Positions 58,258 through 64,000 of a stretch of 64,000 nucleotides of DNA are shown piece by piece. Position numbers and translations under genes: made by a program. This DNA is from Nitrosopumilus sp. Its GTDB lineage: Archaea; Thermoproteota; Nitrososphaeria; Nitrososphaerales; Nitrosopumilaceae. The stretch is from NCBI GenBank assembly GCA_963662625.1, contig OY759726.1:1600001-1664000 (forward strand), read 5' to 3'. Below the pieces are notes generated by a model. That model searched no databases. It was given only the letters and a program-made list of their open reading frames with translations, and was not told the origin of the DNA. Position 1 is the first letter of the stretch, and every line of letters starts with the position of its first letter.

Positions 58258-59800
58258 GCATGCCGTGGGGCAGTTTGGTATATAGTTGCAACGCACGTCC
58301 CGGCCATCCAGTGCCGGGCGCGGGAAGGCAGCCCGGGTGTGAAAAAACTATCTTTCTATATTCGAATTTTGAAACATGGTGCCCGTGCAACGCGGCGGAG
58401 CGCACGCGCGCCTGGCACGCGTAACCGTGTACGCCCATCCAGGGTGCCTGCGGCTGGCGCCGCAAAGTGATCGTCCCCCAGTGGCCTTTCCAGCACTTTT
58501 CGCAGAAAAACAGGCCGTCACCGTCCCGCGCGCGCCTGGCACGTGCCGCCCGAATTCCCACTGCACTTGGAGGACGCGCGTCACGCCATGTTGTCTTCTG
58601 CCGGCCCCCTTGCAGGTTTTTTGACGGTGCGCCGTCGCGGCATTCGTTGTGCACCGGCATGCCAGGCCCGGAGTGGCCCCAAAGCCGCGGTCGCGGGAGA
58701 ACCACAGCCCGTTCCCCGTGGCGCCTTGCGCCTTGATGCCACTCCGCGGCAGCCATGCACACAAAGGCGTCGCCGCTTTCATGGTCGGCTTTGTGGCCAA
58801 TGCCGTCGGCGCGCAGGTGGCCCGGGAGTCCGCGGCATTCATGCCACACAACCCTCGGAAGGGGGCCGAGCTTCTCAAGCGTGGACGATCCGTCAGTCCC
58901 GGCGCACGTCCAGCCCTCGCTGCAGGATCCAGCTCTCGGCGCGATCTCCCAGTGTCTCCCCCGGATCCTCCGGGACGCGCCCCTTGAGGTGCCTGGGCAT
59001 CATTCCCGCCGAGGGCACCGCCTTGCAGTCTGCACGCGTCCCGTCTGCCCCTGGTGCCGTACGCGTGGTGGCTGCTTGCTCCCAAATCCGCGCCACGGTT
59101 GGGCGAAGCTCCCGGGATCGCGGGACGTCGATGCCCCATGCGGCCGATCGCAGGCGATCAACGCAAGCCAGATGACCGGATTGCATGCAGTGCGCGCATG
59201 CGGCGGATGCATTTGCGGGATGCCTCGTACGGCGCCCGTCACGCGATAACGAGGCTCGAGCGCGACGCGTCGAGCATGCTGGTTTGCGGGACGTCCGGGA
59301 CGGCACCCGTCCCACGGCAGGCATGCGGCTGCGCACTCGCCGCGCGCGGACGTGCGGGGGCAGGCGTCCGACCGCACGCGTTTTTCACAAGCCGCACCGG
59401 CGCGGCGTGACTCTGGCCGGATCGCCGGATTGGCGACAGCCCGTGACCAAGCGCTCCCGCGGTACGGGGGATGCCGCATTGCGGGATCCGTGCAACTGCG
59501 CACGGGCTGCCTGCCGCGCGGGCCGGAGGGGCCGCGGCTTGCCGGATGCTGGTACGGGTCCTGCCGGGGTGGGCCCGCCGGACGCCGACCAGGAAACCCC
59601 GGCGCCTTACGGCACGCTCCGGGCGCGGTCCTGCCCGTGGCGCGGGGATGGGTGCAGGGTGGCGGGAACACCCGCGCCGGGCACGGCGTCCCCGGCCGGA
59701 ACGTGCGCGCGGCCATTTTCTGGCCGGCCGGGAAGTGGCACGTTTGGGCGGCCCGGCCTGCCATGAAAACGCGTTTTCCAGCACCCGGCGGGGCCTCCGA

Positions 59801-59910
59801 GGGGGGTTTAGCTTTCGTGCCTGACATGGAATGATCACGGGGATCAATCTGTTCCACCGGGGTCTTTTGCCGGTTGCCCCGCGGAATCAGGCACGGGAGC
59901 TAAACCCCCC
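59801..59910. repeat. 110-bp element bounded by 24-bp inverted repeats (MITE-like)
   Basis: GGGGGGTTTAGCTTTCGTGCCTGA ... TCAGGCACGGGAGCTAAACCCCCC; third partial copy at 59967. Confidence 0.65.
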
Positions 59911-60495
59911 GCCGAAACCGCGTTTTTCGCGGGGATGTCATCGTGCGCGAACCGGGGGGGCCCGGAGGGGGGTTTAGCTCCCAGGCACGAAACCCGGAAG
60001 CCGGCCTCCGGGGGCCGCCGGGGCATGGCCGCGGCCCGCCCTGCCGCCGGCGGGCCCCGCGGGCGCCAGGGCACGGGCGCGCGGCGCCCGGCGCGCACTT
60101 TGGGCGAAGAACCCCCCCTTTTTTTTGCCCAAAGGCGCGGCCATAAGGCCGTGCACCCCAGCGAAAAAGGCCGCCGTGGCGCCGGTCCGCTTCCCCGGGG
60201 CATTCTTGTGTGCGTGCCGCCCGGCTTGGGCGCGCGGTGCGCCTGCCTCGCGCCGTGCGGCCTGGCACGCGTGGGAACCGCGGCCCGCGTCCTGAACGGC
60301 CATGTTTCTAAACCCGAGTTTTGAAACATGTGCCATGCATCCTGCCGGCACTGCAGCCCATCCCGGACCATGATGTTTCCATATTCGAATTTAGAAACAT
60401 GCTATGTCGCGTCGGGCGGTCCCCCTTGACCGCGCGGCCACCGCGCCCCGGCTTTTCGGCACCCTTTTCCGGGCCGCCTGGCAGCGTGGGTGCCG

Positions 60496-60627
60496 TAGTC
60501 AACGCCTTATGAAATCGCTCAACAATGAGCCGCCAAAACACGCATTGTGGGTGAATCCACGCCCACCACCGTACTCAAAAAGGAACCCATTACGCCCAAA
60601 ATGAACGGATAGATGATACGTTGACTA
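60496..60627. mobile_element. 132-bp MITE derived from the IS630-family element
   Basis: TAGTCAACGCCTTATGAAATCG ... CGTTGACTA; same termini as 10571-11694. Confidence 0.75.
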
Positions 60628-61200
60628 CGTTGCACCGGAACGGGCCGCGCCAGGTCTCCGCGCCAGGGGCACGATTTGATTTCTGGCCTTCTTGAATGAC
60701 TTTAACACAAAATATTTGCTCGGGTCTCCACGCATGACGAGATATCTTTTTGGGACAGGATCTGACCTCCATGACACGTTGTGGGACACAATCCGGCCAT
60801 TCTGATCCTTAATCCCTGCCACTTTTGCATGTCTGGACTGCGGTGCAATCCCTTCACAGCGTTCCGTTGCCATGGATGCCGGAATGGCAGTATGATGGCC
60901 ATGCCTGGAATGGCCGCGGCGACGTCGGCGCGGCTCGCGTGACCAGTGCCATAGGGCCGTCCCCGGAACGGTGTCCCAGGAACCGGATCCGGCACGTTTG
61001 CCATCATTGTTTCTAAACTCGAATTTAGGAATATTCTAAAACAACCGTATGGAGACATGCGTGGTTCGCGTAGCTGCCGTGCCGCTTTTGCCGTTCTGTG
61101 CCCCTGTTTGGATGGACAGGGCTTTTGGGCTGTCAGCATGCATAACGTGCCATAGTTACCTCCTGACTCGGTGCCTCGTTCTGGCTGTCACTGCTGCTTA

Positions 61201-61276
61201 TTTCGCACATTTGCGACTCGCACCCATGGTTTCGCACATTTGCGACTCGCACCCATGGTTTCGCACATTTGCGAAA
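61201..61276. promoter_or_regulatory. 2.5 x 29-bp tandem repeat, each unit carrying the palindrome TCGCA-N4-TGCGA, abutting a TATA box
   Basis: TTTCGCACATTTGCGACTCGCACCCATGG x2 plus TTTCGCACATTTGCGAAA, then TTATAAG. Confidence 0.65.
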
Positions 61277-61307
61277 AATTATAAGTGTTCCTGACTGTAT
61301 TAAGGAT

Positions 61308-62471
61308 ATGTAAAAAAACCCATTCTCGTTTGGAACAGTTGTCCGCGGCCAGAACTTTGCGGATCGAAAGGAAGAATTTCGTGAATTGACAGCGGATTTA
61401 CAAAGTGGGACTAACATCATTATGTTTTCTCCACGGAGATATGGAAAAACCTCCTTGATGGCTAAGATCATAGGCCACTTGAGGACCAAGGGGATAATAT
61501 GCGTGTATGCAGATCTTTACGCCGTTACCAATAAGACAAAGTTTGCAAACGTTCTGGCATTATCCATTGCAAAGGCAAAAGCAGGCAAGATTGACGAGAT
61601 AATGCAAATCATACGGAACCACATCCCGCCTGTAAAGCTGGTCATCCGGCCCGGTGATGATTTGGGCCTTAACAGCGGGCTTGAGCTGGAGCTGTCCCAA
61701 GGCAAAACCGACATTGACGCCACCCTGGCACGACTGTATGATCTCCCCGAAAAAATCGCAAAAAAGAAAAAAAAGAAGATGGTTGTGGTGTTTGACGAAT
61801 TTCAGGAAATCTCAAAACTTGACGGTGGCCAGATCGAGGTTGAAATGCGCTCAAAAATCCAACAGCACGAGAGTGTGTCGTACGTGTTCATGGGCAGCCA
61901 ACACCATCTCGTGGCTAAGATGTTTGCAGGCGCAAACCGCCCCCTGTACCATGTGGGGAAACTGTTCGATCTGGGCAGGATCAGCGAAATCGATTTTGCG
62001 GAATTCATCCAAACGCGGTTCAAATCTTGCGGAGTGGAGATATCGAACCAGGCGATATCCCGCATCCTTGAATTGACTCTGTGCCATCCGTACTATACCC
62101 AGCAGCTCTGCCATGAGGTGTGGGTGGCGTGCATCTCAAAAAAATCACGCCGTGCTGAGACAGGCTATGTTGAAGACGCCAAGGAGCAGCTGATGAAAAA
62201 CCAAGACTATGCCTATGCGGCCATGTGGGACTCTGTCAGTGACAGACAGCGGTCGATACTTGTCGCCATGGCCACATCCGGAGGGGGCGGGATCTTTTCA
62301 CACGGTTTCAGGGAGGCTTACAGCTTGGGGCCCTCATCCACCGTTGCAAGGGCAGTAAGATCCCTGGAGGGCAGGGGCTTGGTAGAAAAATCAGGCAAAA
62401 GGTACGCCGTCTCGGATGCGTTTTTCGCGGAGTGGCTACGGCGGCTTGGCCACGGCGGCGCCAGCGCATAG
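61308..62471 (+). pseudogene. Archaeal AAA ATPase (ATPase_2-type, C-terminal wHTH) with TAA at codon 2; ORF restarts at TTG 61386
   Basis: ATG TAA AAA AAC CCA TTC = M*KNPFSFG..V.G..FADR; SPRRYGKTSL Walker A; VVFDEFQ Walker B; HPYYTQ; low GC. Confidence 0.75.
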
Positions 62472-62967
62472 CTTCGGCCCCGGCGGCGGTCGGGTGGAAC
62501 GCGCGCCGGGCTGCGGCCGGACGTGCGCCCCGTGAGTGCCCGGCCACAGCCGTCGCGTCCTGCGCATATTCATATTCCGCCCGGCCGGGCAGGCAACATG
62601 GCGGACGTGCCGTGCCTGGCCCCTCTGCCGCATCCAGACCAGATTCATCCCAGGTGCGTGTGAGGAAAACTGCCTGGCACTATGCCGCCGAACACTCCCA
62701 GAACCCCTATCGCCTTCCAGGGATTGTGGGCCCTTGCGTCGTGGGCGAGCATCAAACACTTCCCGCGGGGTGTCCGGGGAAGCCCACGAGGCTGCGGTTG
62801 TTTTCCTTTTCGCAGTGCCGGCAACCTGGCATGCCCCAGCACAGAACCCAGAACGGGCCGGACCCGCCCGAATGACCGTGACCATGCAGTTTCAATCTTT
62901 GTTGTATTAGAATTTCTTTCGAACTATGGTTGGCTTTACGCCATAATGAACTTTCGGGGCTTGGCTT

Positions 62968-63672
62968 TTATGGGTCGAGTCTGTCCAGCTGGTACCCGGC
63001 GTATTCCACGCACCATTTTGCGTCACGGGACGAATAATCCGCCACCACCAGGTTAATGCACTTGTTCTTTGCCTGCTCTTCACCCATGGATTTTGCCCAT
63101 TCCGGCTCGTAGCCGTCGGAATCGCAGAACAGCGCGCATTGGGACGCGGTGGCCACCTCTCCCAGAAGCGCGACTGCCGCGTCTAGTGCCCCGAGTATGA
63201 CCCCCGCCAGCGTTTTCCCCGAATCGTTTATGCACCCAGCCGCGACGAGCTCGGCGGTGGACTGACGCATGGAGTTCTCATAGCCACGGGAAAACGGCTC
63301 TACCGCATGCAGTCTTTCCGGGTATTGTGATATGGTGAATATGGTACCGACATACGCGAAGTTGTCGCGGGCCCACTCCTCCACCAGGTCGTGGCACGTC
63401 GGTTCCGGTTCCGGCGGCGCAGGCACCTCGATGATCCCGGCACCGGCCAGCCACGTCAACGTGGCGGCGTACTCCGCGTCCGAGATCGACCCCTCAGCCC
63501 AGAACCCGGCCACTCCCTTTACCCAGCCCGGTATGCCGTCGGCGTGTACGTCTGCGGGTATGGAAAAAAGCGCCAGGATGACCAGGCCAAGGCCGAGACC
63601 AATGCCCAAGATGGCTCTGGTCTTTTCGGCATGGCCTCCACGGCGTGGAAGACGTTCCTCATTCGTATCCAT
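62968..63672 (-). CDS. Secreted protein with IPxWVK domain typical of nitrosopumilid surface proteins
   Basis: Signal peptide (VHA); IPGWVKGVAGFWAEGSISDAEY...GIIEVP; Cys-containing C-terminus. Confidence 0.75.
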   Translation of the reverse strand: MDTNEERLPRRGGHAEKTRAILGIGLGLGLVILALFSIPADVHADGIPGWVKGVAGFWAEGSISDAEYAATLTWLAGAGIIEVPAPPEPEPTCHDLVEEWARDNFAYVGTIFTISQYPERLHAVEPFSRGYENSMRQSTAELVAAGCINDSGKTLAGVILGALDAAVALLGEVATASQCALFCDSDGYEPEWAKSMGEEQAKNKCINLVVADYSSRDAKWCVEYAGYQLDRLDP

Positions 63673-64000
63673 GTGTGGACTGGGTTGTTTAGTTTAAATG
63701 CTTTTTGATTTGGTTCACCCTTTCCATTATCTTTCAGATGCGCAGGTGGTATAGGACTCACCGCCTCCAGCATGACTGGTATAAGGATGGTTTTCTAGTA
63801 AACCCGAATCTTGGACGGCGTCTATTACGGTACCCGGATATTGCGACATCCCTAGAAGGCACGTTTTAGTGGTGCCGGTGGTAGAGGGGAGCGGGAGGTG
63901 CGACTTTGCACTTGGAAAGGCTGGGCTTTGCCGTGGCAACGCGGGACGGATCATTCTTCGCCCACGGCCCGGATCCGGACTGTGCTGGTCCCACTGGGTG

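Larger units (their letters stand above)
58351..61034. repeat. Four dispersed ~28-bp imperfect palindromes (58351, 60302, 60373, 61007)
   Basis: Consensus ATGTTTCYAWA-YYCGAR-TTTWGAAACAT. Confidence 0.8.

Noticed and set aside
58700-59300. Eroded HEPN/nucleotidyltransferase toxin-antitoxin remnant
   Set aside because: Resemblance is too weak by eye; no intact motif.
58330-61260. Replication origin with ORB elements
   Set aside because: No orc1/cdc6 adjacent, the palindromes lack the ORB G-string, and there is no clear AT-rich unwinding element.

Overview
High-GC archaeal chromosome segment. The gene set points to Nitrososphaerota (Nitrosopumilaceae-like): aRF1, PurP, PurS/Q/L/F/C, IlvD, TatA/C, CbtBA, a CBS-TrkH fusion, an F420-class PPOX, and an IPxWVK secreted-protein domain. 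The high GC, the expanded DUF285/FG-GAP/propeller surface proteins and the heavy IS load suggest, by inference only, a host-associated (e.g. sponge) symbiont. Housekeeping blocks alternate with accessory islands. These hold five large modular surface-protein genes, nested and decaying IS481/ISH3/IS630/IS66-family elements, a low-GC antitoxin + Doc/Fic-TPR locus, and a ~3 kb mostly non-coding region with four 28-bp palindromes before an AAA-ATPase gene. Most notable observations: (i) strongly directional A:T->G:C erosion of dead IS copies; (ii) module swapping and possible homopolymer phase variation in the surface-protein family; (iii) a frameshifted Doc/Fic-TPR fusion; (iv) dispersed 11-6-11 palindromes of unknown function; (v) a perfect operator-like palindrome between cbtBA and a divergent HTH gene; (vi) a K/R/A/T-only histone-H1-like repeat protein. 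No rRNA, tRNA or true CRISPR array was seen. All family assignments come from motif recognition by eye, without database searches.
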